DNA of 64,000 nucleotides from Balanoglossus misakiensis (taxonomy: Eukaryota > Animalia > Hemichordata), in contig CM082587.2 of the NCBI GenBank assembly GCA_040954595.2, positions 2,819,000 through 2,882,999 of the forward strand, read 5' to 3'. Under the pieces are notes generated by a model, which did no database searches, had not been told where the DNA came from, and worked only from the letters and a program-made list of their open reading frames with translations. The position numbers were made by a program, and so were the translations under genes. Each line of letters starts with the position of its first letter. Position 1 is the first letter of the stretch. This document shows positions 1 to 23,889 of the stretch, piece by piece.

Positions 1-192
1 AAAGACCTGTCATTAGAACATGCAATCATTCACATTTTTGAGATTACTACTGACTGGTCCAAGGGTTGACACATACAAACACACATGCACGCATGTACGT
101 GCACATGCATGCACACAAGCACACACACTGATTTGAGTTTTACATCTTGGGTTTGCTCATAGTGTCAATCAGGGACTGTAAGTGTTACCTAC

Positions 193-3100
193 CTCAAAGG
201 ATGCTGGGACTGTCTTCTTTCCGAAATTTCTCAGAAACTCAGTGACAGCAAGCCGGAAGATGGTCGGTGGAGAAGCTGACAGAACTGTCAACAAATTTGA
301 CACTATCTGTGGGGTTCAAAAAAGGGAGGAAAATATTATATGGAAAGTATACATGTACTTGATGCAGAGGCAGGAACACACTGAATTCATAGATAATACT
401 GCAACCGACAAAATACACAGATAAATGAGTGACCACTGTACCTGTAGCAATTCCGCTGGCTGAATAAGTGGCAGTAGCCAGGATGACAATGAGGTCAGCT
501 GATAGATGACACCATGGGATGAGATCCTGTCCATTGGGAGAACTGCCCAGAGACCGCACACGACTTCTACAGTTGATGCCTGCAGTGCACTAGACAGTGG
601 TAGGGATGCTGGGTCTGTGTTCTGGTGTATGTTACACAGCAGTTTCAGGGAGACTTCCTGTACATGTGGAAGAAGATCAGCAAATTATGACTTTGGATTG
701 TTTTGTAGCGATCGAAGAAAACAATCAATGAGGACCACTTACCAATTCAGTCAATGATGTCATGGTCTTCGGTGGTGACTCCATCCATTTCTGTATCTGT
801 GCTGTACAAAACTGCGTCACATTTTCACAGACTGTTTGCTTCAGCTCACTCTTGGTAAACACGGACAACGGCAGGTGAGTCCAAAGCTGTGGATGCTGGT
901 CAGTGGGGTATCTCTTTACAAACTCCATCTAATGAAGACAAAAACAGATGCTGCATATTTGAACAAACCATTCTTCAACCACAAAAGGGACTGACTGACT
1001 TTCCTGAGAAAATATGAACTGATAAAATATTCTATGGGAAATTTTACTTTGGCGGCATTTTACAGAGTACACAAAACTGTAACTTTCTGTACAAAGCAAT
1101 TCACTTTTACCTGCTGATGATGGTCCATCATAGCAACCATTCTCTGCAGCATCAGACCTAGATTGGCATACGGTGTACTGGTGTTGTCAGGCAGTGTGGT
1201 TAGCAGATCAACCAGCAAATCAACATAATGACAAACTAGATCGGAACCACCCCACCTGTAAATCAGAAGTATGAATTGTGATAATAGCATGAGTCAACAG
1301 CACAAAGCTGCCAATGGGGAATATGAGAGAGACTAATGTTTTGCATGTACAAACCTTGCCACAAACGACCATAAATCCATCCCCAAGACAGCACTGTAGA
1401 CATTCTGGCTGAGAACATTCTCCAGGATACACTTTTCCACTCGATGGAAGTGGGCAGGTGGCAACACAGCAACAAAGCCACAAAGGTTGACGCAGAGATG
1501 TTCATAGAGGCTGACTTCTCTGTACGGTCTGCCATCATACATTGTACCAGGCACACAGACAGGAAGGCTTAGCTCAACAAAACCTGTGTAGAGATTTGGA
1601 TTACATTCATCAGTGAGTCAAACATTTCCATTGGTACCTCAAAGTTTAGTCAACTCAAATTGTGACTGGTACAACTGATACACAACATAACAACTCACAA
1701 CTCTTGAGTGATAGAACTTACAGGCCTGTACAGATTTAAAAACAGCTTCAATAATGTTGTCCCTGGCTTCGTCTTCTGAGTGATTGACAGGTGTCAACCA
1801 CAGATCGATGACATCTGTCCTCTGATTGGTCAATTCTTTGACGATCTGAGTTAGCAACAAGCAGTGTGGAAAGCACCATTCCACAGGAAGAGCTACAGAT
1901 TGGGAAAAAGAGAATAAAAATAAACAAAACATTCTTGATTTTTTCCTTTGGCTAAGTAAAGTACAGTACTTATGTTGTTCTCTTTGTGTAATACCCACCT
2001 CTGTCTGCTTTGATCACAGCATCAGCAAAGTTCCTCTCAGCCAGTAACATGGACACAAGTGGTTCAATGAAGACAAGTAATGATTGTTTCATCTCTTGCA
2101 TCTTTGTTGGATTGATTGGTGGTGAGTATAAACTTGGTGACGATACACTGCAACAAAAAAAGAAACATTCAAAGAATTGATCCGAACAATCAGATTATAA
2201 TACATGAAACCAGCAAATCTATCCCTCACCTTTGTAAATCTAATATCAGGTTGTAGAGTTCTTCAAAGCAGGGTCCAAGATAGCCATCAAAGTCCTTAAC
2301 CAGGGTCATCAAGACAGTCACAAAGAACCTACAGACTTTGAATTTCCTGCCAAAAATCTTCTCGTTTGCACTCTGAGAACTGCTAGGCTCGACATCGACA
2401 GCAAGTTGCAGCAGGTGTTTGTATGTTGACTGGATTTCCTGACACAGCATCTTCACCATGTCTGATACCTGTGGAGGTCAAACAAGAACGTTTCGTTGAA
2501 GGTTAGTCCAACCAGTGTACAGATGCACCAATCTAATGCTGATATGAAATTGAGAAGATGACAAGCTTGGACTTCTATTTACCTGCAGTCTGTCCCTCAG
2601 AATGAGTTTATTCTTTGTTGCTAATTCCATCAGACTTTTCCACGTTCTGAGCAGCACAGTGTCATCCACATTGCTGATGATGAGACAGATTTGGAACAAC
2701 CCATGACAAACTAGCAGAGGAAAAAAAATAGCATGATGAGACAAGGGTGGCTTTCCTAGAACCCTCAAAACAACTTTTGAGAGTTCTTAATTAACCTCTG
2801 AATGACTATATCTATGTTTTGATAGCATACCTTCAGTAACTGAACTAACATCATCTTCTGAGGACGACACATTCAAGGCATGGAGGACTGTGAGTAGCAG
2901 TTTCTCCAATTCGAAAGATTTCTTGAACAACTGTCCCAGCGGCTCTGATACCTGACGAAAGGTGTCCCCATAAAGAGATGTGCTTTCCTGCAGACGATAT
3001 ACGAATATACAAAAAAGCCAAAGATATAACCATAGTGTCATTTTCTCTTGTCATCACTGAGCGTTACAACCATTCATGTGACAACCAATGAGAAATAAAA

Positions 3101-3896
3101 TCTTACCTTACAATGATTGTATGACCCTTTGATTATGTGTACCACTGCCGAGGGAAGTGACTGAACCTGTTCGAGGTTTATCCCATCACTGATCAGACCA
3201 CACACATACCGCAAACACTGTCCGATGCAGTCCATTACATCCAGGATCACCTAATACAGTAAACAGGCAGTCTTATAATAATATCACTCAATATGTTCCT
3301 ATATATACAGTAAGCTTCTATATGCATTGTATGCCTGAGAGATTAATTAATTCAGTTGAGTAGTTGTGTTAGCCATACCTGAAGACACTGAAGTAAGAGC
3401 TTTTGTAAATTTCCATCTGATTGTCCATCATCTAGCTGGCTGCATATCAAAAGTAATGTAGCATCAAACAACTCGTTTGTCTATGCAGTGAAAAAAGCAG
3501 AAAAATAAGAAAATATTAATAACCATACGAAAGGCAAACTTGTAAATCAGAGAGATCATTGTTGAAAGTGTTGTTACTTGCCTTTGGAAGAACGTGTGAA
3601 AAGAACTGGACCTCCACATCATAAATCTCAAGACAGGGCAGAAATGAAGATGTCAAAGTCTTCAAGATGGGAAGCTGTTTCTCTGCAGAGGAATTTGTGC
3701 TTGAAAATACTGAGTGAAATCAGTCAAGGAGAATGTCAGTGAGGAAAGAAAAGGGTCCAATATCTTAAGTCAGTGTTCAATATTTATACACAGCATGAAA
3801 GGATATGAGAAGTTCTGGAAGGGTATCTGACAGATGTTGTTTACATGTGTCAATATCCCAACTAAACACATCTTCAAGGAATGAACTCTGAGACAT
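193..3896 (-). CDS. FIRRM: C1orf112/FIRRM (FIGNL1-interacting regulator of recombination and mitosis) ortholog; multi-exon, 3' part runs off the window start
   Basis: Spliced minus-strand exons give MSQSSFLEDVFSWDIDTCKQHLSDTLPELL..., EQVQSLPSAVVHIIKGSYNHCK-ESTSLYGDTFRQVSEPLGQLFKKSFELEKLL and RKFKVCRFFVTVL. These match recalled human C1orf112 segments (IQSLPSSVLHIIKSTFVHCK, LKLCRFFANSL). ATG at 3896; last visible splice donor at 192. Confidence 0.85.
3714..3806 (-). other. U12-type AT-AC intron (first coding intron of FIRRM)
   Basis: 5' end ATATCCTTT at 3806, branch site TCCTTGAC at 3730-3723, 3' end ...TTTCAC at 3714. Removal keeps the frame (PELL|SVFSS). Confidence 0.85.
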
Positions 3897-4641
3897 GGTG
3901 ATGTGGGACAGCCAACGGATGACTGGATCATTCTGAAACAAAAACTCCAACAATTAAAGCCTCCAGGTTACCTGTGGTAACGCAGCTTTAATCAGCCCCC
4001 CCCCCCCCCCCCCAACAGCTGCGTTACCACAGCAACCTCCTCCAGGTACAAACGAACACCTCGCCACAGTCACTCCACAGAATGATACACATCGTCTTTT
4101 GGAAGAAAAAGGGGTGAGATATAGCCTTGGCTAGGGGTAGTACAAGATAAGAGAGACCATGATTAAATCCATCAATATTTTAAACGTGTTATTTAAGTTT
4201 TAAACGCTAAAACCATAGTTACCTGTTTTCATATTAGCCGCCATGTCGTCTGTCGAGGTCAACATCCGGGTCGTGGAGAAATTCGACCCAACTTTTCTAA
4301 TCACATCGTCGTTGACTTTAGAAATGATTGTTAAATTAAGAAAAGTGTGTTATATTTTAATGAGCTTAAGTATAACATTCAATGTGAAAAGTATTTACAG
4401 ATGTTTATTTCAGATGTTTATTTCCCCACCCCCTTATTTGCATAAGAGGAAGAGACCACGTGAATATTTCCCGCCAACATTTCATTCACAACAGCTGAGT
4501 TGTGTTGACAAGACAAGGTCGTGTTGATCCTCCGGACACAAGCTGATTTTCAGATACTTGTGCGAAACTAACCAGAATTCGACGCTGCCTCTGCTTTTAA
4601 CGAAGAGTATTATCATTTGCCAGTGAGCATCGGAAGGCAAA
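3897..4641. promoter_or_regulatory. Bidirectional promoter region FIRRM/DNMT1
   Basis: Divergent ATGs at 3896 (-) and 4642 (+). E-box CACGTG 4457-4462, E2F-type TTTCCCGC 4467-4474, YY1-like GCCGCCAT 4238-4245. Confidence 0.6.
3961..4047. repeat. Short inverted repeat enclosing a poly-C tract (MITE-like remnant)
   Basis: CTGTGGTAACGCAGCT (3972-3987) is the exact reverse complement of AGCTGCGTTACCACAG (4017-4032). C18 tract at 3996-4013 lies between the arms; CCTCCAGGT is repeated on both flanks. Confidence 0.6.
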
Positions 4642-15299
<10,658 letters not shown>

Positions 15300-16326
15300 C
15301 TTGCCATGCTACTTCCTCGTCTTGCAGACATCACTTTGTGAAACGGAGGCAAATATCAGTGAAATTTATTAGGATTATATTATATATCAGTTATGTTTTT
15401 TAATGTTGAAAGTCAATTTTATCCGTGTATATCGAAGAGTTGTCTTAGAAACTTATAATTCATACAGCATTCCAAACAGTTTGTAATTCACTGGAAATTT
15501 TTATAAGTCATAGCCATTTTTGATAAAATACATGTTTTTTAAATGTCCTTTATGAATTGGCGCGACTTTTAAAAAATTGGTATCAATGATACACTGAGGA
15601 TAAGATATTTTGTCGTTTTAAACTTTCTCGTTGGTGTACCTGAAAATGGTCAAGAAGGATTTTGTGCTTTTTTGGAAATAATCAACTTGAGGCAGTATGT
15701 CCTTGACTTTAAAAAAAGCACTTAAATTTTAAATTTACAGAGCTATTATCACTGCCATTTTAGATCTCTGTCATAGCATATTTTATCGTTTTTATTGTTG
15801 GTTTACTTTATTAAATTGATATTTCATAAATTTAGTGTTTGTCTTATAAATAAAATTGAATATTATATGACACCATCTGAAAATGTTTGTTTAGTAATAA
15901 TCGCAAAGCAATTTATTGTCATCAGTTTCACCACACATTAAATATTCTGCATGCTCATCAAAGTCATTTTTAAAATTGGGTAGCAAAAAATATCAAAATG
16001 TGAAAATGAACCAGTTCTCTATGCTATTACTATGTAAAACTTTCAAACCCTATTCATATTTTAAATTTTGTTTTAGCTACTAAAAATTAGTGAATCCAAG
16101 AAAAAAGCATCTTGAAGTTTTTAGTTACAGCTGCATCATCATAAACACCAAATAGCACCATTTGTTTTCAAAATAAAATATACTTAGAAATATTTAAAAA
16201 TAACCGGCAGAAAAAATGTGTACTCTAAAAACAAAAATGCATGTATTCTTTTTGTTAAAGCTTAGCAACCTGTAGCTATGATAAACCAAAGAGCTGAAAA
16301 TCATCTATTTAGATCTATTTTGGTAT

Positions 16327-19300
16327 TCACAGTGCAACAGTTTTAAAAGACTTGGGCAAGGTCATAAACTGCTGGTTTAGCACGGACGTCGACGCTGCTG
16401 TGGTGATTGGATTCAGCGCTGGTCTCTCACAGCTTGATTGTCTGTTCATCTGTCCACAACAAGACCAGTGTCTGCGGCCTGGGTGGCCGGGATGACCATG
16501 GCCACAGCCACGAAACCCACCTGTGGATGAAAGAAAAGGATGCTTTAATTGATCATTTTTGTATGAGCAGACCACACTGTTTAAACCTTTGTTGCACACA
16601 CAGTTAGAACACAGGAACAGAAACATGATTACATAGCACAGTTTTGTTTACCTGGCATGGTGCCACCACATCCACAGGTGACATTTTTCTTTCCCTCGCT
16701 GGAACAGAACGTACAGCAGTGCCAGATACCTGTGTGTGGCAGTGGGCTGAGTGATATCTCCTTAACACTGGTGGCGCGTTGTATAGGGGTGGGTGGGTGT
16801 CCCTTAACAGTGACCGCAAACGGACTTCCCTGCAACACACAAAATAGACCCGTCAAATTGGGTGGTTTTTTTTCAAATGAACACATGGCCATGGCAATCT
16901 TCATCTACCACACCCAATGGAACAGAAAACTGACAAAAGTACTGACCAAATTAAAACACAATCTTATGAGACCACAGCTCACTGCCTGGTGATATAAACC
17001 AGAATTCAAATGAACATTGAGACTGACAGAAAGATCAGCGCAGAAAGTCCTCCATAGTGCAATCACAGTTCAATGCGTCCACAGACAAGTGCAGTGTCTG
17101 CAGCACCCTATTAGTGCATAGCTGGGAGTTAATTGGGGAATGGAGACATGCAGGCCAATGTGACCAGCAACAGCTTCCGTTCTACTTGTCAGAGTGAAGT
17201 TCAGCTCCCCATGATGTCGCAGGTATCATCAACCATGGAATGTTTGTATCATGCAAATATCATTACTGTAGCCAATGAGGTTCTAGAATGGGAGTGTACA
17301 GTAGGCAAAGTCTATGGTGACATAGAACATTTTATCTGCGGAGAGTAATTATCTTGTGCATTCATTCAGAGGGAAAACTTCTCCTTGTAAAGCATAAACA
17401 TAGGGGATTGACCTGGGTCTAGTACATTGAAACTGGCAATTCTCAGTGTGACTTCATTTCTTGACTAATCCGACAAGCTACCATTTCCTTTGCCGGCTTG
17501 CTAATTACCTGAATGACCCCATTCCTGTGTTGGGTCACCTGGCTAATGAAATTAAAGGTGACAAGGTTCACAGTTTCGTCAATTATGTACATCACCAAGA
17601 AGTGGGTTCAACAACTTGGACATGGCATAGCCTTATATGGAGCCAAACAAATGCACACAACTTTCGACCCAAGATGTACTAGTACATTGCATCTACTGGT
17701 AGCTCAAGCATGTGAAGTTGCCATTTAACCCTTTCACCCCTAGGGGTTTGGACAGAACATGGAGATGAAAGTGTTAAAGACTTATAAGAAACTGTGTGTA
17801 ATGATTCCTCACCTGAATGTGTCGTCCGTTTAAGAAAACGCTCATCAAATAATGTCCAGGAATGGGTGGCACATAGCTGATGGAGTGGATGCCATTCTTT
17901 TCATTGGCTACGTTGACTTTCACCCTCCTATAAGAGAAATAAGCAGATTTCATTGAATTGCTGCAGAAGTTCTGTGGAGGGTTACATGCAAAGTCACACT
18001 ACCCCCCCCCCCACCTCTAATCCTGACTACCAGATAAACTGTTTACCTCTGTTGGTCATCCCTGGTGACCATCTCCACCTTCAGTTGGTACTCTCTGCCA
18101 ATCAGGTTATTCTTCCCATGCTTTACCATGACGATGAACTCTGACCTTTCACCCTGCTTCCCAGCAGACAATCCTGTAGATTGAATCGAAGAAGGATCGG
18201 TCTCAGTTGGAGCAAGTCATAATATTTTGTATTTTATACACAGTGCGTAACTTTTAAGCCACATTTGAAAACAACAGTTAAAATTTTTAGTGTCTGTTTT
18301 CACGAAGCAATTTATTTTTGTCAAAAACTTGGATGAAAAAAATCTTCAACTCTCTGGAATGAATCTGAACTGTTTCCAAGTGCCGGCCAGGAGTCTAGTC
18401 TGATGAGTGACCTTGGTTGGTATTCCAAGCAACAAAATTTCACTTAATGAGCCTGACCTTGGGCACGCTAGCTATTCCAGATGCTCTGGTAAATCACTTG
18501 GTGGGCCTAGTTTAATCCATAACACACCACATACTAAGTAGGAGATAAGTGGGCCCACTTACAAACACACATGTGATGACAGATTAGTGGGATTGGGTCA
18601 CTGAGACTTCAACCAAGACGCCTGAGGCATGAAGTTTACCGTTTCACCATACTTCTCAAATTTCACGTTTGCAGAGAAAAGATTAATATACTGCAGACTG
18701 TTGGCTAAACATGCGTCTGAAAAACTAGAGAAACTTTCCAGGCATGCATAGCTGACGTTTTTCTTGTCCCGCATGGTCATCATAATCCACAAGTGAGAAC
18801 TTTGTCAGTCAGAAGTGTGCCCGTTGTCTGCGGAAACGAATCATGCAGTTCTTCCGAACATTCCACCCAACCCTACAGATGTTTGGCTCATTAAAACCAA
18901 GGTTGTATACTCCATCACCATAAACAGATGAAAACTTTTGTGTAATAACCTAGTGGTAGTCCCGGAGCTTTATTTGTGCATCTACTGTGCAACGCAAAAG
19001 TTACTTTGTGGGTTACTATTAAACATATATGTGTGTATGCGTGTGTGTGTTAATCTCACCCTCTCCTTTAGCGATGCATCTCAGTGGTTGGGATTCTTTT
19101 CCGATAACATTTCCCTTGACTTCGTAGCCATCGACCAGTCCAGCTGTCTCATCACTGTCAAATCGGAAGAAATCGTTTTCTTTCGGCTCACAGATGTACT
19201 TCATTGAGTTGAGCTCCTTCAGCCTATTGATAAGGATCTTTTTGAAGGAAAGAATTTCCAACCCTGAACCATCTTTCACAGCATCTGACACAAACTCGCA

Positions 19301-20257
19301 GGAATCTTCAAAGTCACTCAAAGTTTGCTCGAGCTTGATTTTCTGCAACTGGAGGACGTTCTCTTTCTGTAATGCGATTTCTGCAACTTTTGAAAGTAAA
19401 TATTCTTTGTGCTTTTGCAAAGCTTGGATGTAACCATCAATAAACGATGCGACATCTGAGTTGATTTGCTGAGATTTCTCTTTGACTGCAGACTGCATCG
19501 ACTTGACACTATCGATGGCAACTCTAAGGACATCGATGTGGGGTTTGGTCTGGGAAAGCAAATTTTGAATAACTTTCACTTTTCCACTGCAAACATTGTC
19601 AATGAAATCGCACTTGTGTTCGCGATGCTCCACCAAGCAGCAATCTCTGCACACGGTTTCATCGCAGGTTTCACAGAACATTTTCACTTCTTCGTTTACA
19701 TGCCTAGAGCAGAACATTGGCCTGTTGATCTTATTGATGCCTTTCTCTCGGGCTTCCTGTAAACTTAAAGTCGTGTGAGAAGAAGTCTTTCTCTGTCTCT
19801 TGTGAGCCTGCATGCAGAAACTGCACATATAGATTGAGCAGTCCTCGCATCTTACGGTGGCAGGGGAGCTATCTTCGCAGAGATCGCACTGAAGTTTGCT
19901 GCTTTCCTCGTTGAGGGACTCCAAAAGCAGCAATTTCTGTGAAACAAAGTTCACGGGTAACCCTTCAACACCGTCCTCGGGAAGATCGACTTCCACGACG
20001 CACGTCGGGCACAAAATCATCGGGGCGATGGACCTGCTGCTCTGCGAGCTGGTGCCACTTGCACTCGCCGAGGAACCGTTGACGAGATCGCTGTTGCCGC
20101 TGACGACGCACGGCTTCGCGTCCTGCAGACACGCCAAGCAAAAGGTGTGAAGACATGGCAACACGCGAGGGTCTCGTAGTTTCTTTTGGCACTCACCGCA
20201 CTCGATTTTATGACTCCAGTCCTTTGCAGCGTCGGCAGACCCCGCAAACCCATTCAT
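16327..20257 (-). CDS. TRIM45: Tripartite motif protein 45 (RING, 2 B-box, coiled coil, filamin repeat, Cys/His-rich tail); 5 coding exons
   Basis: Large first exon 20257-19060 with RING (CGECQKKLRDPRVLPCLHTFCLAC), two B-boxes and coiled coil. Filamin exons at ~18050-18175 and ~17813-17928. TRIM45-type tail HTGIWHCCTFCSSEGKKNVTCGCGGTMPG / GFRGCGHGHPGHPGRRHWSCCG. Confidence 0.92.
17725..17777. mobile_element. Tiny TTAA-flanked inverted-repeat element (piggyBac-type MITE remnant) in a TRIM45 intron
   Basis: TTAA-CCCTTTCA...TGAAAGTG-TTAA. TTAA target duplication and CCC-starting termini are piggyBac hallmarks. A related copy lies at 59427-59517. Confidence 0.5.
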
Positions 20258-21021
20258 CCTTTCAGTGCTCAATCTGAAAGCCAGAGAAACGCCCAAGCAG
20301 ATCAACCAGTTGTTACGTCAAACAACAATGTAACTTCACACCAGCAATGAGCAAACTTCAACTCGTTAAAAGTCACAGCGCTTTTACCTCGGACTGCGAC
20401 GCGAAACTGAGGCGATCTTGTTTCCGCTTCGATTTATATCCCCCTTTAGCCTGTGTAGTGTGATACATCATGATCCGAAAGCGGACACCGGTCTAAAAAT
20501 ACCGACAGTCCTACCATTCGTTATGTCATGTCAGTTTCCAGTCTGTTTACATGTAGATTGCTGCCATATTGAAATAAGTTCGATGCCACGCCCCCTAATG
20601 ACCCAGGTCAATCTTATATCTCATGCCACATTCAAAGACCGACAAACATGTTCGGTTTACACGAAATTACCCTTGTTTTCATTTTTTTCAAACAAAAATA
20701 ACAACACATATACTTTAAATTTTAAAAAGCGCACTTTTGGGCACTTTACCATTTGAACTCGTACGTGTCATGAACTTTCACCTTTGACACAGTGGAGCAG
20801 ACAGCATAGCACACGACGTGCGTCCAAGGTTCTCATATCCGCGTCGTCTTGCAGAAAGATGTGACCGACTTAGCACCTACAGGTAAAGTTGTCATGTTTA
20901 CAAGCTGGTTTTCAACCCTCCTACATGTAAATCCCAAAGCTTTGCAGCAACTCGTGCCAAGGAAGGCATAATATTGAACCGAACGTGGGTGTATCACAAA
21001 ACTGCTGCCTGGGACATCATC

Positions 21022-23345
21022 ATGTCAATGAACTTTCTGCCATTATTGCCAATGACCCGTCGCCTTGGGTGTCACCTCAGAACTATCTACTGCTTTCAAG
21101 CAGTGAGACACAAAAGTTTCTTCAAGAGAGTGAAAAATGAACTTAAATCCAAGAATCCCTTTGCCCCGATGGAGTTTGGCGTCACTGAAAACAGACCTCC
21201 GGACGAAGTTGACATTGTCATCGTTGGCGGCGGTGTAATCGGTTCCAGTATAGCCTATTTCTTGAAGAAACACCTGCGTACAGGAATGAGGGTGTTGGTT
21301 ATTGACAAAGATCCGACGGTGAGTACATGAATAATCCTACATTAGGCTCATACATTTTTTTTGTTTATCGAGATGGTTTTACTTGCTCATTATTGTGTAC
21401 AGTTAAACTCTCTATTTTCATCTTGCAGTATTCTCAATCCTCCTCCATGTTATCCTTGGGAGGAATCCATCAACAGTTTTCCTTGAAGGAAAACATCCAG
21501 ATGGCCTTGTACAGTGCCCATTTCCTCAGGAATATCAAGGAACACTTGACGGTTGAAGGGCAAGATCCACCTGACATAAAGTTCAACCCTCAGGGACATT
21601 TGTTCCTTGCAACTCAAGAGGGCGCTGAAACCCTACTTGATAACTGTATGTTTCAGAGGTAATTTGTTTCTTTTCCATATCAACTTGTATTAATCGCAAT
21701 TGTTTGACACCAGAGCATCCATATATGTACTTGTACACAAATGTGGAATAATGGAAATTACTGTTTTAAAAGTTAAATATTGAGTCTGTTGTCATATTGA
21801 GCCTATCACCTCCATTAACACAGTGAGTTGGGCGCAAAGACACAAATTATGACTGCAAAGCAGCTGAAAGAAAAGTTCCCATGGTTGAATACAAATGGCA
21901 TTGAAGTTGGCAGCTATGGTGAGTGGAGAGCAGACAATTTTGTTTATCATTCAGTGGATTATGAACTGAGAGTCGACCAATGACAGATGGTTTCCATGGT
22001 GTTGCTTTTCCAGTAGATGCGAAAAAATTTCCACCGCATCAGAATTAAATAGTGTGTGGATAAAATTGTGTTTCAGGCATGGAGAACGAAGGCTGGTTTG
22101 ACTCGGGGCAACTTCTGCAGGCTTTGAAACACAAGGCCATATCAATGGGTGTAGACTACGTCCACGGAGAAGTGACTGGATTTCAAGTCAAGCACCAAGC
22201 AGTTCCCGCTGAAGAGACCTACGTGCCAGATTACGATACTAGAATTAAGCGAGTGGAGGTTGGTCCTGGTGTGACTGTTTTTAGCATGTGTGGAATGTGC
22301 CATACTAGATAGATTTGAATTCATCTTTTTGGGTAGTTAGAATAATCTCAAATCTCGAGCAATGAATATACTCTTTCAACATGACCATTTCAGATATCGA
22401 TGCCAAACAGCCCAGAGGTGATTGGAGTACCGTGTGCTATTGTGGTCAACGCTGCTGGAAGTCAGGCCGCAGACCTGGCCAGACTCTTGTACATCGGACT
22501 GGGTGAGGGTGAAATGGCCATACCATTGCCAGTGGAACCTAGGAAAAGATTTGCCTATGTCATCAACAGTCTTAGTGGGCCAGGTCTGGACTGCCCCATG
22601 CTGATGGACCCCTCAGGGATGTGTTTCCGACGAGAGGGGCTTGGTGGAAACTATGTGTGTTCCCTTCCACCACGTGAAGTGAGTGTACAATGCCAAGTGT
22701 CAAGTTGACTTTTATTCTGTGATTATCACTGTATTTCACTCAAGTCAAGATGACATTTGCTAGTCTTTAACAGGTCGCTTGTCTCTCTTTTTTTCTCTCC
22801 CAAACCCCCAGGAAGAAGAACCGAGCACAGGAACTTTGAAAGTTGACTATGACTGGTTTGATCGTAAAATCTTACCTAGACTCGTACACCGTATACCAGC
22901 ACTAAGTAATGCAAAGGTAATCATCAAGGCATCTTCCATATGCAATGGGGGGGGGGGGGTCACAGGGTTAGGTTAGGGATGGCTGGTTGGCCCCCAGGGC
23001 TACAGTTATTGCAGCACTTCCATATTATACTGAATAAAGAGTACAGACAGCCCCTCATTGACAAGACCACTCTGAATCTCTCCTTTGCAGATGAAACATG
23101 CCTGGGCCAGTTACATTGATTACAACACAGTGGATCAAAACCCGATTATCAGTCGACACCCGGTCATCCCGAATTTCGTCTTCGCCAACGGATCCAGCGG
23201 TCATGCCGTGCAGCAGGCACCGGCAATAGGCCGTGCCGTGAGCGAGCTTTTGATAGAGGGTGCTTTCGTCAGCATTGACCTGTCCATTTTCGATTTCTAC
23301 CGATTTGTGGTCCAGAAGAAAGTGTTGGAAAGGAAAGTTGTGTAG
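21022..23345 (+). CDS. FOXRED1: FAD-dependent oxidoreductase FOXRED1-like, paralog A; multi-exon
   Basis: DIVIVGGGVIGSSIAYFLK Rossmann motif, LSLGGIHQQFSLKENIQM, ENEGWFD, LPVEPRKR, FRREGLGGNY, DYNTVDQNPII, C-terminus LERKVV. N-terminus resembles a mitochondrial presequence. Confidence 0.88.
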
Positions 23346-23811
23346 GGAAGAGAAATATCTGTGAGCTGCGAGCCAGGAAGTTTGAAGGTTCAGCTAGGGC
23401 CTGTATAGGTCACATGAAGTTGTGGATTTTCCAACAACTCCAGAGCAGCCAGTGGTGGCTTGATTATTAATAAAAATGTCTTATAACATCAGTTCAATTT
23501 AACAGATATTCTGTCTTGATGGTGAAGCTAATGTTTGTCACTTCGTTCCTAGATTCAAGTTTGTCATGTTAGTTGTTAACATTAATGAATTGGTGGCAAC
23601 ATCTTGCAGACTAAAACAAAAACTGGAACAGAAAGATGTCTACTTGAAAGTTGTATTGCTACCGCACCAGCAAAATATGTTTACTCTTAAAACATACGAC
23701 CAATATTTATAGAGATCTCAAACTTCGCTGGTTTCTGAAAGCGCCCCCGACGGTGTCAACAGCAAAGTACACGTATTTGTTTATGCTGTATGTTACGTGT
23801 TATGCAACGCG

Positions 23812-23889
23812 TCGGGCGCGGGACGTGAAAGCGACATCGGGCGCGGGCCGTGTAAGTGACATCGGGCGCGGGCCGTGAAAGCGACATCG
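23812..23889. repeat. CpG-rich 25-bp tandem repeat (3 copies) upstream of FOXRED1 paralog B
   Basis: Unit TCGGGCGCGGG(A/C)CGTG(A/T)AAG(C/T)GACA at 23812, 23837 and 23862, plus TCG. Confidence 0.9.

Noticed and set aside
18598-18830. Possible extra exon or ORF in TRIM45 intron 1
   Set aside because: No homology recognised; the TRIM45 frame joins cleanly without it.
23812-23889. Possible CRISPR-like array
   Set aside because: Head-to-tail units without unique spacers, eukaryotic context, no cas genes.
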